Assembly: GCA_038087875.1 (NCBI GenBank) | Contig: CM075996.1 | Span: 436,001-500,000, forward strand | Direction: 5' to 3' | Length of the DNA stretch: 64,000 bases | From: Malacoraja senta | Taxonomy: Eukaryota | Position numbers and translations under genes: made by a program | The notes under the pieces: generated by a model | Database searches by the model: none | What the model was told of the DNA's origin: nothing | The model's input: the letters and a program-made list of their open reading frames with translations, nothing else | Shown here: positions 40,169 to 53,824 of the stretch, in pieces | Numbering within the stretch: the stretch's first letter is position 1 | Layout: each line of letters begins with the position of its first letter

Positions 40169-41739
40169 ATCTTGGTCCTTCTTGTGATGGTACTCTTAGA
40201 GAGGGGGTTCCAGGACTTTTAGCCAGCGTTGATGAAAGATCGGTAATATATTTCAGGTCCGGATATTGTATAACGTGAGGGGGTGGATCCTCATTGTACT
40301 GGTGTTCCCTTGCACCTGCTGCCTTTACCCAACTATATGGTAAATATCATGGGCTTTGGATGTGTTGGCAACTACCTGCATGGCATCTTGTAGATTATAT
40401 GTACTGCACCCACCTTGTTCTACGTATCCATTGATAGAAGGAAGGTTACCAAAGATTCCCGTATTCAACATAATTGCGATAGGAAGGGAGGAGCTCGGAA
40501 GAATACGGTTTACGCAGCAACCGTCCGTGATCTAGAGTGGCCAGCCTAAGAGGTCATAGAGTCTTTGAGTCGTACAGTGTAGAAACAGGCCATTGGGCCC
40601 AACTTTCCCCTGCCGGCCAACATGCTCCATCTATACTAGTCCCACCTGCCTGCTTTTGGCCCGTATCCTTCTCTAGGCTGGTGAAGACAGATTCAATAGA
40701 AACTTTTCATAGAGTCATAGAGTGATACAGTGTGGAAACAGGCCCTAGGCCATAACTTGCCCACACCGGCCAACAATGTCCCAGCTACACTAGTCCCACC
40801 TGCCTGCGCTTGGTCCATATCCCTCCAAACCTGTCTAGCTGTTTCTTAAACGTTGGGATAGTCCCAGCCTCAACTACCTCCTCCGGCAGCTCGTTCCATG
40901 CACCCACCACCCGTTTTGTGTGAAAAAAAGTTACCCCTCAGATTCCTATTGAATCTTTCCCCCTTCACCTTGAACCTACTCTGGGCAAGAGATTCCGTGC
41001 ATCTTCTCAAAGAGAATCAGATAAATACCTGAAAAGGAAAAACAAAATGACAAGGCTACGAGGAGAAGAGTGGAGCGGTGGGCCGTACTTTCAAAGTGTC
41101 GGCACCGCACAATGGGCCTCCACGTGTTGCTGCGGATGGCACATAAGCTCTGGTTATGCGAGCGCTCTGTGTCACGACGCACACCTATTGTAACTCATCA
41201 GCTCACCGCTGAATGTCAAACCCATTGCTGGTTTGTAACTTTGCTTTGTGAAAGAATTGGGTGTAATTATTGTGAGAAAGTGAATCACGGAGACAAACCA
41301 ACGCTTCCTTCCGCCTTTCATCCCATTCTTAAAGCATGTCACAGCGGGCTTCCTTTCATTTATTCGCTTCTCAGGGTGTGGGCGTCGCTGCCATTCATTG
41401 CCCGTCCCATTGTTCCTTGAGACATATTTTTCATCGATATATCTCTCCAGTCCTCCAAGACCCCAGAACAATCGTCATGTGGGTATCTTGCAGCAAATAA
41501 GACATCCTTTGACAAGCTGCAGCCTCTGCACCGCCTCACAGGCTTATCCAGAACTCGGTGGAACGCACTCCACATATTGTAATAAGAAGGAGCCGCAGAT
41601 AGAAACATGGAAAGATAGAAAATAGGTGCAGGTGTAGGCCTTTCGGCCCTTCGAGCCTGCACTGCCATTCAATATAATCACGGCTGATCATCCAAAATAC
41701 CTCGTTCCTGCTTTCTCCCCATATCTCGCTAGAATTTAG

Positions 41740-42135
41740 GAGATTGAGAGGGGATCTTATAGAAACGTACAAAATTCTTATGGGGTTGGACAGGCTAGAT
41801 GCAGGAAGATTGTTCCCGATGTTGGGGAAGTCCAGGACAAGGGGTCACAGCTTAAGGATAAGGGGGAAATCCTTTAAGACCGAGATGCCGAAAAACCTTT
41901 TCACACAGAGAGTGGTGAATCTCTGGAACTCTCTGCCACAGAGGGTAGTTGACGCCAGTTCATTGGCTATATTTAAGAGGGAGTTAGATGTGGCCCTTGT
42001 GGCTAAAGGGATCAGGGGGTATGGAGAGAAGGCAGGTACGGGATACTGAGTTGGATGATCAGCCATGATCATATTGAATGGCGGTGCAGGCTCGAAGGGC
42101 CGAATGGCCTACTCCTGCACCTATTTTCTATGTAT
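41740..42135 (+). mobile_element. CR1/HER1-like LINE 3' fragment
   Basis: RGDLIETYKIL...RTRGHSLRI...FTQRVVNLWNSLP plus the gggccgaatggcctactcctgcacc tail. Similar fragments at about 4760-5200, 7127-7545, 7935-8185, 19785-20160, 37205-37565, 49371-49712, 58458-58760 and 63320-63920. Confidence 0.9.
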
Positions 42136-42184
42136 TTCTATGTATCTATCCCTTGATTCCATTAGCCCTAAGAGCTAAATCTAA

Positions 42185-42409
42185 AGGTCCTGAGCCACTT
42201 TCACGACTTTTTTAACTCGTGGACATTTTTCATCAGGCTAGAAAAAAGCCCCGACCTACTTGATGCCACGGAGACCTACGATTAGCATCACGGCCTGCTA
42301 CGACCTACCTACGACCTCCTACGACCTCGTGACGACCATGCTGCGAGTATGAGTCAAGGGCAAACTCGGCAGAGGTCGTGAATTAGGTCGTGAAAGTGGG
42401 ACCGGCCCT
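42185..42409. mobile_element. PIF/Harbinger-like MITE, family A (short, degenerate left TIR)
   Basis: Near-identical to 18788-19026; flanks TAA/TTA. Inserted in a CR1 3' fragment. Confidence 0.85.
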
Positions 42410-42744
42410 TTACTCTCTCCTGAAAACATCCAGTGAATTGGCCTCCACTGCCTTCTGTGCCAGAGAATTCCACAGACTCACAACTCTCTGGATGAAAAGG
42501 TTTTTCCTCATCTCAGTCCGAATTGGCCTACCCCTATTCTTAAGTTGGGACTCCTGATTCCGGACTCCCCCAACATCAGGAACATTTTTCCTGCATCTAG
42601 CCTGTCCAATCCCTTAAGAATTGTAGATGTTTCTATAAGATCCTCTCTCATCCTTCTAAATTCCCAGCCGATCCAATCTTTCATCATATGTCAGTCCCGC
42701 CATCCTGGAATTAACCTGGTGAACCTACGCTGCACTCCCTCAAT

Positions 42745-43062
42745 AGCGGCCATGTTGGCGCAGCGGTAGAGTTGCTGCCTTACAGCGCTTGCTGCGCCGG
42801 AGACCCGGGTTCAATCCCGACTACTGGTGCTGTCTGTACGGAGTTTGTTCGTTCTCCCCGTGACCTGCGTGGGTTACCTCTGAGATCTTCGGTTTCCTCC
42901 CACACCCCAAAGACGTACAGGTATGTAGGTTAATTGGCTTGTTGTACGTGTAAATTGTCTCGTGTGTGCGTGTAGGATCGTGTTAATATGCGGGGATCGC
43001 TGGTCGGCGCGGACTCGGTGGGCCGAAGGGCCTGTTTCCGCGCGGTATCTCTAAAACTAAAA
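42745..43062 (+). mobile_element. V-SINE (HE1-like), full length
   Basis: A/B boxes, V-domain and tail GGGCCGAAGGGCCTGTTTCCGCGCGGTATCTCTAAAACTAAAAC. Others at about 5325-5592, 49800-50110 and 51350-51645. Confidence 0.9.
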
Positions 43063-43649
43063 CAACAAAAAACGAAAGCAAGAATGTCCTTCCTCAAATC
43101 AGGAGTCCAAAATTGCACACAATACTCCAGGTGCGGTCTCACCAGGGCCCTGTACAACTGCGGTAGGATCACTTCGCTCCTGTACTCAAACGCTCTCGCA
43201 CTGGCGCAGTAAGGCTGGGTGTTGCCAGTTGGAGTCCGTGAAGGGACAAGAGGAGGCGGATGAGCTGTCCCTGAAGTGAAGCCATCCTGACACAGCAGCA
43301 CCGTGAGATACGTGGGGGGGGGGGGGGGCGAGATCAGAATCGGCAATGAGTCATACGGGAATAATGTAACTACAGAATCCGCGCGCTGACTCTCTCCCTC
43401 TAGGGACTGAAGATGGGGGTGGAGAATATGCAAAGTACACTCCAAAGTCCCACTGTACAAGCTTCAGGACACGTAAAGGCAGGTTCCAGCCTAGGTAGAG
43501 ATGTCCACAGTGTTATACCACACCCACCTATCCTCCTTTGCAAGCCGCATGCCATGACCTCTGCAGTGTTTTCACAAGAAACTACATAGTGTAAAGTGTG
43601 AAACGTAACTGGATGGCTTTTTTAATTTCATGTTAACAATGGGAGATAC

Positions 43650-43880
43650 AGTGGACACAAAACGCTGGAGTAACTCAGCGGGACAGGCGGCATCTCTGGA
43701 GAGAAGGAATGGGTGACGTTTCGGGTCGACACCCTCCTTCAGACTGAAGGCCCCTGACTCTCGGCCTCATGAAGGGTCTCGACCCATTCCTTCCCTCCAG
43801 AGATGCTCTCCTGTCCCGCTGAGTTACTCCAGCATTTTGTGTCTATCTTTGGTTTAAACCAGCATCTGCAGTTCCTTCCC
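43650..43880. mobile_element. Penelope-derived fold-back element
   Basis: Inverted arms GACACAAAACGCTGGAGTAACTCAGCGGGACAGG...CCTGTCCCGCTGAGTTACTCCAGCATTTTGTGTC. Confidence 0.8.
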
Positions 43881-45634
43881 ATTTAGTGGGAGATGCATGG
43901 AGGTTCTTTAGTTTTGTTGGGTACCACTTCCACTCTCTGCTCGAGACCGTTTCCCATGGCACCCAGCAGGCAGTGATTAATGGGCTCCCTCGAAGAGGAT
44001 GTGGGGGTGATCTTATAGAGGTGTACAAAACCATGAGAAGAATAGATCTGTTCAATGGACAGAGGCTTTGACACGGAGTAGGGGAATCAGGAGGCAGTAG
44101 ACATAGGTTTAAGGTGAGAGGGGAAGATTTAATAGGAACCTGAGGGGAAACGTTTTTACACAAAGTGGTGGTGGGTGTATGGAACAATCTGCTGGAGGAG
44201 GTAGTTGAGGCAGGGACTATCATAACACTTTAGAGACATTTGGACAGGTACATGGATTGGACAGGTTTAGATGGATACAGGCCAAACGCATGCAGGTGGG
44301 ACTAGTGTAGATGGGGCATGGTAGACAGCAATGGTAAGTTGGGCTGAAGGGTCTGTTTCCATGCTGTGTGATTCTATGTATACTTGCTTACACATGTGCA
44401 CAACATTTTGTGATCGAAACATTTCTATGAGACTTTATGAAATTAATGAAATAAGAAATTAAAAAACAAAATGGTTCAAACTGCTGTTATTTTAGATAAA
44501 TTATCATATTTAGAGAGGCAGCCATTTTGTAACAATCTGTCAGTGTAATAATCACATTGGATGTCTTTTTCTTGGCTATTTGTTGTAATATTCCCGAGAA
44601 TGAGGAGAGAGATGCATAAACTGCCCTCATACCTTGTTGATACCACTATGCTGGTATCCTTGTACACTAAAATCACAAGGGTGGCGCACAGCGGCGCAGA
44701 GGTGGAGTCGCTGCCTCACAGCACGAGAGGCCCAGGTTGAATCCTGATTACGAATGCTGTCTTTACGGAGCTTGTATGTTCCCCCCTGGGACCGCGTGGG
44801 TTTTCTCTGGGTGCTCCGGTTTCCTCCCACATTGCAAAGACGTGCAGGTTTGTAGGTTAATTGGCTTCGGTAAAAGTGTAAATTGTCCCTAGTTTAGTTT
44901 AGTTGAGTTTAGAGATGCAGCGCGGAAACAGGCCCTTCGGCCCCACCGAGCGATCACCCCGTACACTTACACTATCCTACACACACTTAGGGACAATTTA
45001 CACATCCACCAAGCCAATTAGCCTACAGACCTGTACGTCTTTGGAATGTGTGTAGGATAGTGGTAGTGTAGGGGTTGGCTCAGACGTGGTGTATCTCTAA
45101 AGTCTAAAGTCTGAAGTCCAGTGAAACTAGCCACTGCTGATTGTTCTCTCTCTTGTGGGAATGGTTCAGTCTCTTGTGAGACTGGCCTCTGACACCTGGG
45201 CAAGCTGAGACTGGGTCCTGCCCCTCTATACAAGGGTGTAACAAGGTACATCTTCTTCTTAGGCCCCCCCCCCCCCTCCTCGGTCACGGCTGACCATGGG
45301 TGTCTCCAGGGTTGGAGGACGCCTGTGCGTGACTTTGTTTAACGTGGGGAGACTGGTGCACAGACAGTCCTTGACAGATCTGGCTCAGGATCCAGTGGCA
45401 TGGAGTCCCAGCCGTTGTGACGCTCCACTGAGGTCAGCCTTCGTCCTCCACCTGTTGAGGTCTTGGTTGGATTGCTCTTTGTCAGAGTCCTCCCCCTCGA
45501 CCTTACCGCCACGGGGGGCCCTACCAGGAGCATAGCTCCAGACGGCATCGCTCTCAGGATCTCAGGACCACACAAGCTTCTCCACCACGACAAGGTGACA
45601 ATCCACGGAGAAATACATAGATCTATACAATCTA

Positions 45635-46110
45635 TACAACCTGATCTCCCGGTTGCTAAACACTTTAATTCTCCTTCCTATTCCCACACTGACGTTTCTG
45701 TCCTAGTTCTCCTCCATTGTCAGAGTGAGGCTAAATGCAAATTGGAGGAACAGCATCTCATATTTCGCTTGGGCAGCTTACAGCCCAGTGGTATGAATAT
45801 TGATTTCTCTCACTTCAAGTAACCCCGGCATCCCCTCTCTCTCTATCCCTCCCCACCCAAGTTGCACCAGCTTCTTGTTCTCACCCAACACACAGCTAAC
45901 AATGGCCTGTTTCCTGTGTCATCGTTACTTTTTTGTAGATCTTTCATTCATTGTTCTTCATCTCTCCACATCACCGTCTGTATCTCTCCTTTCCCTTTCC
46001 CGCGACTTTCAGTCTGAAGAAGGGTCTCGACCCAAAACGTCACCCATTCCTTCTCTCCAGAGATGCTGCCTGTCCCACTAAGTTACTCCAGCGTTTTGTG
46101 TCAATCTTCC
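45635..46110 (+). mobile_element. Penelope-like element 3' end
   Basis: QPDLPVAKHFNSPSYSHTDVSVLVLLHCQSEAKCKLEEQHLIFRLGSLQPSGMNIDFSHFK plus tail. Confidence 0.85.
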
Positions 46111-46904
46111 ATCGATACAGGGAACCTTGCCCAATACACGCATCTGCCAGTTGATCCTGATGTTCAATGTGTGTGTTTCCAACTGAGCTTGCAGAGATAG
46201 CTGTCAGTTCACCACATCCCCCTCATCTTGGCTCCTTCATCTTTCATTCATGTATCACAGCATGGTTTGGGAAAAGCTCCATCCAAAACCGCAAGAAATT
46301 GCAGAGAATTGCAGCCCAGATCACCGCGCAAACCGACCTCCCTTCCATCGACTCCATCTACACCTCACGCTGCCTCGGCAAGGCCAGCAGCATCATCAAG
46401 GACCAGTCTCACCCCGGCCACTCCTCTCCCCTCACCCATCGGGCAAGAGGTACAGAAGTGTGAAAACGTACACCTCCAGATTCAGGAACAGTTTCTCCCA
46501 GCTGTTATCAGGCAACTGAACCATCCTAGCACCAACTAGAGAGTGGTGTTGAGCTACTATCTCAGGCCCTTGGACTATCTTTAATCGGGACTGGACTTTA
46601 CCTTGCACTGAACATTATCCCCTTTATCCTGTATCTGTACACTGTGGACGGGCTTGATTGTAATCATGTGTAGTCTTTCCACTGACTGGATAGCACGCAA
46701 CAAAAAACGCTTTTCACCGTACCTCGGTACACGTGACACTAATAAACCAAACTAAAATAAACTAAACTCTCTACTGAGCCAGTGTATGTTGTGTAGGAAG
46801 AAGGGTCTCAACCCGAAACGTCACCCAGTCCTTCTCTCCAGAGATGCTGCCTGTCCCGCTGAGTCACTCCAGCTTTTTGTGTCTGCAATCGAACATATCC
46901 GTCT

Positions 46905-47463
46905 CCTGCCATATATGCCTTGCCCGGGTCGCCGTGTTGAGCTCCGGAGGGCTGCTGACCGCCGACTGGAGCATCGCGGAGCTGCGGCTGCGGAGCGTCC
47001 AGCCGCGGGCGGCGCTGATTTCAAACACCGCTGGGGCCTGGGATCTCTGGCCGAGATCGCCAGTTTTCAGAGCTCCGTGGATTTCGGGAGCCGCGGTCTC
47101 CGGGGAGGAAGCGGCCGTTCCAGACACTCCCAGCCGCTGAAGAGTGTTCTCCCGACGCCGGAGCTCCATCATCCGGCGAGAGGGCCTGAAACATCGGGCC
47201 TCCGCTGCGGCGACTGCGGAGGCCTCAAATAGGCCCCGACCTCGGGTGAACTAAGAGGAAGAGGACTGAATTTTTTAGTGCCTTCCCTCACAGTGGAAAA
47301 TGTTGATTCTGCTGTGGGGGGACGTTCATGTTAAATTCTATAGTGTGTTGTGTCTTTTTTAATTTATTTTTCTTTTCTATGGATGTATGGTAATCTGATT
47401 TCTTCTCTGTAAAGCACTTCAATGTGATTTGATTTAAAAGTGCTATATAAATAAAAATGACTT
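46905..47463 (+). mobile_element. GC-rich non-autonomous element with an L2-type tail
   Basis: CpG-rich body followed by TGTAAAGCACTT...GTGCTATATAAATAAAATGACTT. The same tail occurs on the minus strand at 57305-57385. Confidence 0.6.
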
Positions 47464-48689
47464 CTGAATCCCCTCTGCATTTTTCGGGGGGGGGGGAGAG
47501 GTTAAGGTCGGGGGTTTGCGTGACACTCTCTGTTCCCTCCCCACTCCACGACTGCTTCACGGCTGTTACCTTTCACTGAAGGACGCCCAAAATGGTTGAT
47601 AAACACGACAGCGGCTGTGATTTTAATTGCGGGAATTGTAGCATGTCGTCTCGGTCCTAATTAGGAATGATCTGCAGGGCCTAGGAAAGAAAAAAAACAA
47701 ACCAACAGTTCACACCCTCAGGACCTCTCAGGACGCTTGGTAGTCAGTGAAGTGTAGTCGCCCCGTAATGTAGGAACTGATGCAGAAAAGATATGCATGG
47801 TGTGATCCCACAGACAGCCACTTGGTCCATCGCTGAAGAAGGGTCTCGACCCGAAACCTCACCCATTCCTTCTCTCCAGAGATGCTGCCTGTCCCGCTGA
47901 GTTACTCCAGCATTTTGTGTCTATCTTCAGTTTAATCCAGCATCTGCGGTTCCTTCTTACACATACTCCATCGCGGTTAGTTTGGATTGATTGATTGAAT
48001 TGAACTGATTTGATTTTTTTTCAAGTGAGAGTTTGGAAACAGGCCCTTCAGCCACCAGTTGTACTGAGGTGTCTCGATACTGCACTCAGTAAAATGCTGC
48101 CGTGGGGAAGGTTTAGAGGGATTTGGGCCAAATGCAGGCAGAGTGACGGTGGCAAGTGGCGCAGCGGTAACATTGCTCCCATACTGCGCCAGAGACCTAG
48201 GTTCGATCCTGACTATGGATGCTGTCTGTATAGAGCTTGTATGTTCTCAGTGTGAACCTGTGGTCTCCCACACTACAAAGATGTGCAGGTTTAGAGGTTA
48301 ATTGGCTTTGGTTAAAACAAATTGTAAATTGTCTCTGGGGTGCAGGACAGTACTAGTGTTCGGGCTGATCGTTGGACGGCATGGACTTGGTAAGCCAAAG
48401 GGTCAGTTTCCTCGCTGTACTGTAAAGTCTAAAAGTCTCAAATAGGACTAGTGTAGATCGGTCATCTTGATCGGCATGGGCGAGTTGGGCCGAAGGGCTT
48501 GTTTCCGTGCAGTATGACTCTAAGACTATATTCAAGGGCATTTATTTTCACCTACTACAGGGAGTTAGCTCTTTGGTCCAACCTGGAGATTTGGAGTAGG
48601 TTCTGGAAAAACCCAAAGTGGGCATTGGTGAGTGGGTCAAGGCTACGTCAAGTTCATAGTGTGTGGATCATTAGTGAGTACGTGTCACT

Positions 48690-49122
48690 AGACGGCACTG
48701 AAAACAACATCCTCGTCCCTACTCTTAAGATGTGGATTAGAAACATGTCCGAGACGCTACATCTTGAAAATATTAGACTTGTCTTGGCAGAAAAAAACAA
48801 ATCATTTTTCGAAGACTTGGACACCATTCATTGATTTATTACAAGGATAACATGGCACAACACAACTTTGGATGTAATTTTAATTACGGGTTGGGTGAGG
48901 TGGGTGGGGAGGGATGTGGGGCAGGTATATCATCACTCTTTTCTCTCGTTTTTCTTTTTGTCCTTTTCTTTTTTTTCTATTCCTTTCTTCTTTCTTTCAT
49001 TTATTCACTCTTTTGCTACACTACTTTGGTAGTCTAGGGGTTCTATCTTTGCACATCTCACTTTTTCTCTTTCTTGCTTAAATAAAAAAAATTAAAAAAT
49101 TAAAAATTAAAATAAAATTAAA
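48690..49122 (+). mobile_element. L1-clade LINE 3' remnant
   Basis: PTLKMWIRNMSETLHLENIR resembles a fish L1 ORF2 C-terminus; followed by G-rich then T-rich UTR and a degenerate poly(A) tail at 49080-49122. Confidence 0.55.
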
Positions 49123-52100
49123 ATGAAAACAATATCCACCATCGCATCACTGATGATTGAAGTAGTCTGGTTGGGCCGCAAGTGGTCAGAATGGATTTAC
49201 CCTGGTTGGATTTGGCACAGGGCCATACCCTGAAGACCCACATTCTAGAACGAGCTGCACTTTCATGTCAGGTTGTCCAGTAACGGACTCCGACGGCATG
49301 TACCCGTGGAAGTCCGTCACCGATCAACTTGGCACAAAGTGGAGCTCGTTCCAGAGGGTACGTCTTCGAGGAGGCAGGAAACATGTTCCTCGAGGTTGGG
49401 GGAGTCCAGAACCAGGGTCCACACAGTTTAAGAATAAGGAGTAAGCCATTTAGAACGGAGATGAGGAAGAACTTTTTCACACAGAGGGTTGTGAATCTGT
49501 GGAATTCTCTGCCTCAGACGGTGGTGGAGGCCGGTTCTCTGGATGCTTTCAAGAGAGAGTTAGATAGGGCTCTTAAAGATAGCGGAGGTCAGGGGATATG
49601 GGGAGAAGGCAGGAACGGGATACGGATTATGGATGATCGGCCATGATCACAGTGAATGGCGGTGCTGGCTCGAAGGGCCTACTCCTGCACCTATTGTCTA
49701 TTGTCTATTGTCTTAGTTTGAATACATTGTTTGAAGCAGTTTATTGTAACAGCCAAATTAACGCAGAGGTAACCCCCACAACCAGCAAGGTGACAACTGC
49801 TCAGGTACGGTGGTGCAGCGGTAAAGTTGCTGCCTTACAGCGCCAGTGACCCGGGTTCGATCCTGACCTCAGGTGCTGTCTCTGTGGACTTTGTACTTTC
49901 ACCCTGTGACCGCGTGGGTTTTCTCCAGGTGCTCCGGTTTCCTCCCACACTCCAAAGACATACAGGTTTGTAGGTCAATTGGCTGTGGTAATGTTGTGAA
50001 TTTATTCCTAGTGTGCAGGAGAGAGTTAGTGTACGGGGTGATCACAGTTCGGCACGGACTCGGTGGGCTGAAGGGCCTGTTTCCACGTTGTATCTCTAAA
50101 GTCTAAAGTCACTCCACAGTTCATGGGTCTTTTCAACCTCGCTGAAGAAGGGTTCCAACCCGAAACATCACCCATTCGAAACAACCCAGTCTGAAGAAGG
50201 GTTTCGGCCCGAAACATCGCCTAATTCCTTCGCTCCATAGATGCTGCCGCACCCGCTGAGTTTCTCCAGCACTTTTGTCTACCTTCGATTTTCCGCATCT
50301 GCAGTTCCTTCTTGAACACCCATTCGTTTTCTCCGGGGATGCTGCCTGACTTACTGCGTCACTCCAGCTGAGTCTATCTCCCTCCCAATACACACATTGC
50401 CTACTCGTTGAAGGTATGAGAGAGGGAGATGAAATCGATGGCCAATCGGTGAACGAAAGTGTTTCTGAATAATCCCCACACCAACACAAAAATGCATCCA
50501 TCGTTCAAATACAAATACTCTGAAGGTCTTGCTCTCGTGTTCCGATGTTTACGCTGTAGATGCTCTTCTCCCATTAGGAGCCGTTTTCGCATATTTACAA
50601 ATTGGCAGATATATCCCAGCTTTGATTAGTCGCAAAACAACACTACACAGAGAGAAAGACCTTTTTTACTTCAGGGAGGATGGTGATTTGCTTAATCAGT
50701 GCTAGGAGCTAATTAGTGTTAGATCGCTTGTTGGTGCAAATAACTCCTGATCCTGCTGCCGAGTTTTAGATATTAGTTCAGCCATGAAGTGAACAGCTCT
50801 GACATCTATGCCATGTTCGGTCCTCTGCGGCCATTTGGAATTGTGCTAAAGAAGGGTCTCGACCCAAAACATCACCCATTCCCTCTTCTCCAGAGATGCT
50901 GCCCGACCCACTGAGTTACTCCAGCTTTTTTGATTAGTTTAGTTTAGAGATACAGTGCAAAAACAGGCCCATCGGCCCACCGAGTCCGCACCGACCAGCG
51001 ATCCCCACACATTAACACTATCCTACACACACTAGGGACAATTTACACAGACACCAAGCCAATTTACCTGCATACCTGTACGTCTTTGGAGTGCGGGAGG
51101 AAACCGAAGATCTCGGAGAAACCCCACGCAGGGCATGGGGAGAACGTACAAACTCCGTACAGACAGCACCCGTAGTTGGGATCGAACCCGGGTCTCCGGC
51201 CCTGCGAGCAATGTAAGGAGGCAACTCTACCGCTGCACCAACATGGCCACCCTTTGTGTCTATCTTCTTGTGCTTATGAAAATGGATAGACCCATTGGGA
51301 TTCTTTAGACCCGATAAGAAGGTGGTTTAGCCTATTAGCTACTATGAAGGGCGGCACAGTGGTGCAGTGGTAGAGTTGCTGCCTTCCAGCGCCAAAGACA
51401 CGAGTTCAATCCTGACAGCGGGTGCTGTCTGTGTGGAGTTTGTACGTTCTCCCTGTGACCAAGTGGGTTTTCTCCAGGTACTCCGGTTTCCTCCCACACT
51501 CCAAAGACGTGCAGGCTTGCAGCTTAATTGGCTTCAGTAAAATTGTCAATTGTGTAGGATTGTGCTGGTGTATGGGGTGATCGCTGGTCAGCGTGGACTC
51601 GGTGGGCCGAAGGGCCTGTTTCCGTGCTGTATCTCTAATCTCTGAAGTCTCAAGAAATGTGCCGGATTTTGGGACTCTGTCCTGCAGGATTGAATGATAG
51701 AACATAACATATGGTATGAGGGCAGAGACAGGTCAAACACCCCTTTGACCTATACCTTGTACCTTCCGAAGAGTCACCAAGGAAGTTGGACAATTTTATA
51801 CCGGACAATGTTCACATTTTTATCAAGCCAATTAATCTAGTCAATTAACCTACAAACCTGTACATCTTTGGAATGTGGGAGGAAACCGAAAATCTCGGAG
51901 AAAACCCACGCAGGTCACGGGGAGAACGTACAAACTCTGTACAGACAGCGCCCGTGGTCAGGATCGAACCCGGGTCTCTGGCGCTGCATTTTTTGCTGTA
52001 AGGCAGCAACTCTACCGCTGCGCCGTCGTGATTTCAACCAAGTCACTTCCCTTGGTTCTTCAGCATTACTCATTCAGAATTCATCAGAAACACAACTAAC

Positions 52101-52387
52101 TGGCAGAGCCGCTGCCTCAGAGTGCCAGCGACCAGGGTTCGGAGAACGGAGCACCTGGAGAAAACCCACGCGGTCACAGGGAGAATGTGTACACTCCATA
52201 CAGATAGCACCGGCGGTCAGGATCGAACCCGGGTCTCCGGCGCCACTGTGCCTCCCACTGGTCTTGGTTTTCTTGCAAAGTTTGATTCTTTTTCACTGTC
52301 TTGTAGTGTCATTTATGTTTTTGTGTGTGTATTTCAACCTATGCTTTAATGATGCTGCTGCAGGCAAGATTTGCATTGTAACTGTAA

Positions 52388-52971
52388 AGGGCCTGTCCCA
52401 CTTGGACGACCTAATCCATGAGTTTAGAAGACCCTAGACGAGTTGGAAAAAATGTCAGGGTCGTGTTGACGCGCCAAGTAAATGACCTCCTACGGCCTCC
52501 TATGACCATGTCTACAACCTCCTACGACTATGTCTACGACCTCCTACGACTATGTCTACGACCTCCTACGACCCCCCTCAACCTCAGTCTTCCACACCTA
52601 AGACCAACTACGACTAGCTACGAGTGGAAAATGATCACATGTCATGTTTGCTTTTTTTTTCTCGGGCCAGTTACGGACCTACGACTACCTACGACTACCT
52701 ACGACTACCATCACGACCTACTACGACCTACCTACGAGTAAAAAGTATCCATTTTTTCCACGTCGACCTTTTTTTAACTTGTGGACATTTTTTATCAGGC
52801 TGGAAAAAACGCCGCGACCCACTTGAGGCCACGAGTACGCGGAGACCACTCACGAGCATGAGGGAGAGTTACGAATACCTCCTACGACCTCGTGGCGACC
52901 ATGCTGCGAGTATGAGTCGAGGGCAAACTCGGCCGAGGTCGCCAATTAGGTCGTGAAAGTGGGACAGGGCT
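52388..52971. mobile_element. PIF/Harbinger-like MITE, family A (long)
   Basis: AGGGCCTGTCCCACTT...AAGTGGGACAGGGCT; TSD TAA/TAA. Internal CCTACGAC/CTACGACTA arrays; the right ~250 bp resemble family A short. Confidence 0.85.
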
Positions 52972-53503
52972 TAACCTTACCAGTGCATGACGTAAACTCA
53001 ATTTGACTTCAACCTGACTTCCCTGTTAATAAGGCCTGTTCTGATGACAAGTCATAATTCTATGGCATTAAATGGCATTCTCCCCTCTTCCTAGATGCCT
53101 CCTGACCCGCTGAGTATTCTAAACATTTTCTGTTTTGATTTCAGATTTCCTGCCACCGTAAGGTTTGTATCTCACATTGACGATGTTGTTTTCTCTCTAT
53201 TTCTGTTCTCCTTCTTCTCCTCATTTACACTTCCAGCAGACAGATCAGTCGCGATTAACGAGCCTTCACCACCCTCTCTCAGCCAACATCAACACCGCCC
53301 GCGTCATCGAAGATAGACACAAAATGCTGGAGTCACTCCACAGGTCAGGCAGCATCTCTGGAGAAAAGGAATCAGTGATGTTTCTGGTCGAGACCCCTTC
53401 CTCAGACTGGCAGACTTCAGACTTCAGCACTCTGAGGAAGGGTCTCGACCCAAAACGTCACCTATTCCTTTTCTCCAGAGATGCTGCCCGAAATGCTGAG
53501 TTA

Positions 53504-53824
53504 AACCCCTGGTCCACGGTACAAGTTCATTCCAAGAGCTCTCCCGAGTTTGCCCTGATTCGAACTCGGAGATTTACGTTAATGGCCACTCGTCGGTACT
53601 CGGGGCTCTCGTGGACATTTTTCATCATGTTGAAAAATCTTCACGAGTCTTCCCGTGCTTACCTGCCGTTAGCGAGTCTTCCCGAGTACCTGCCGTTAGC
53701 GCTAAGATACGTCCCCGAGCTCCGACGTACCCGCTACGTTCATTCTCCGTGCTTACCACAAGCTTGATTTTTTTTTAAACTCGGGAGAGCTCTTGGAATG
53801 AACTCGCACCGTGGGACAGGGCTA
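53504..53824. mobile_element. PIF/Harbinger-like MITE, family C (opposite orientation to 39080)
   Basis: Reverse complement of 39080-39409 with a degenerate left TIR; flanks TTA/TAA. Splits gctgagTTActccagc of a Penelope-derived unit. Confidence 0.85.

Noticed and set aside
45277..45610. Possible RTE-derived short elements (also ~9330-9580 on the minus strand)
   Set aside because: They share a GACCATGGG start, but I cannot support a family assignment without a search.
49150..49233. C/D-box snoRNA or hammerhead from CTGATGA...CTGA
   Set aside because: No purine before the C box, no terminal stem, and no GAAA/stem II for a hammerhead.
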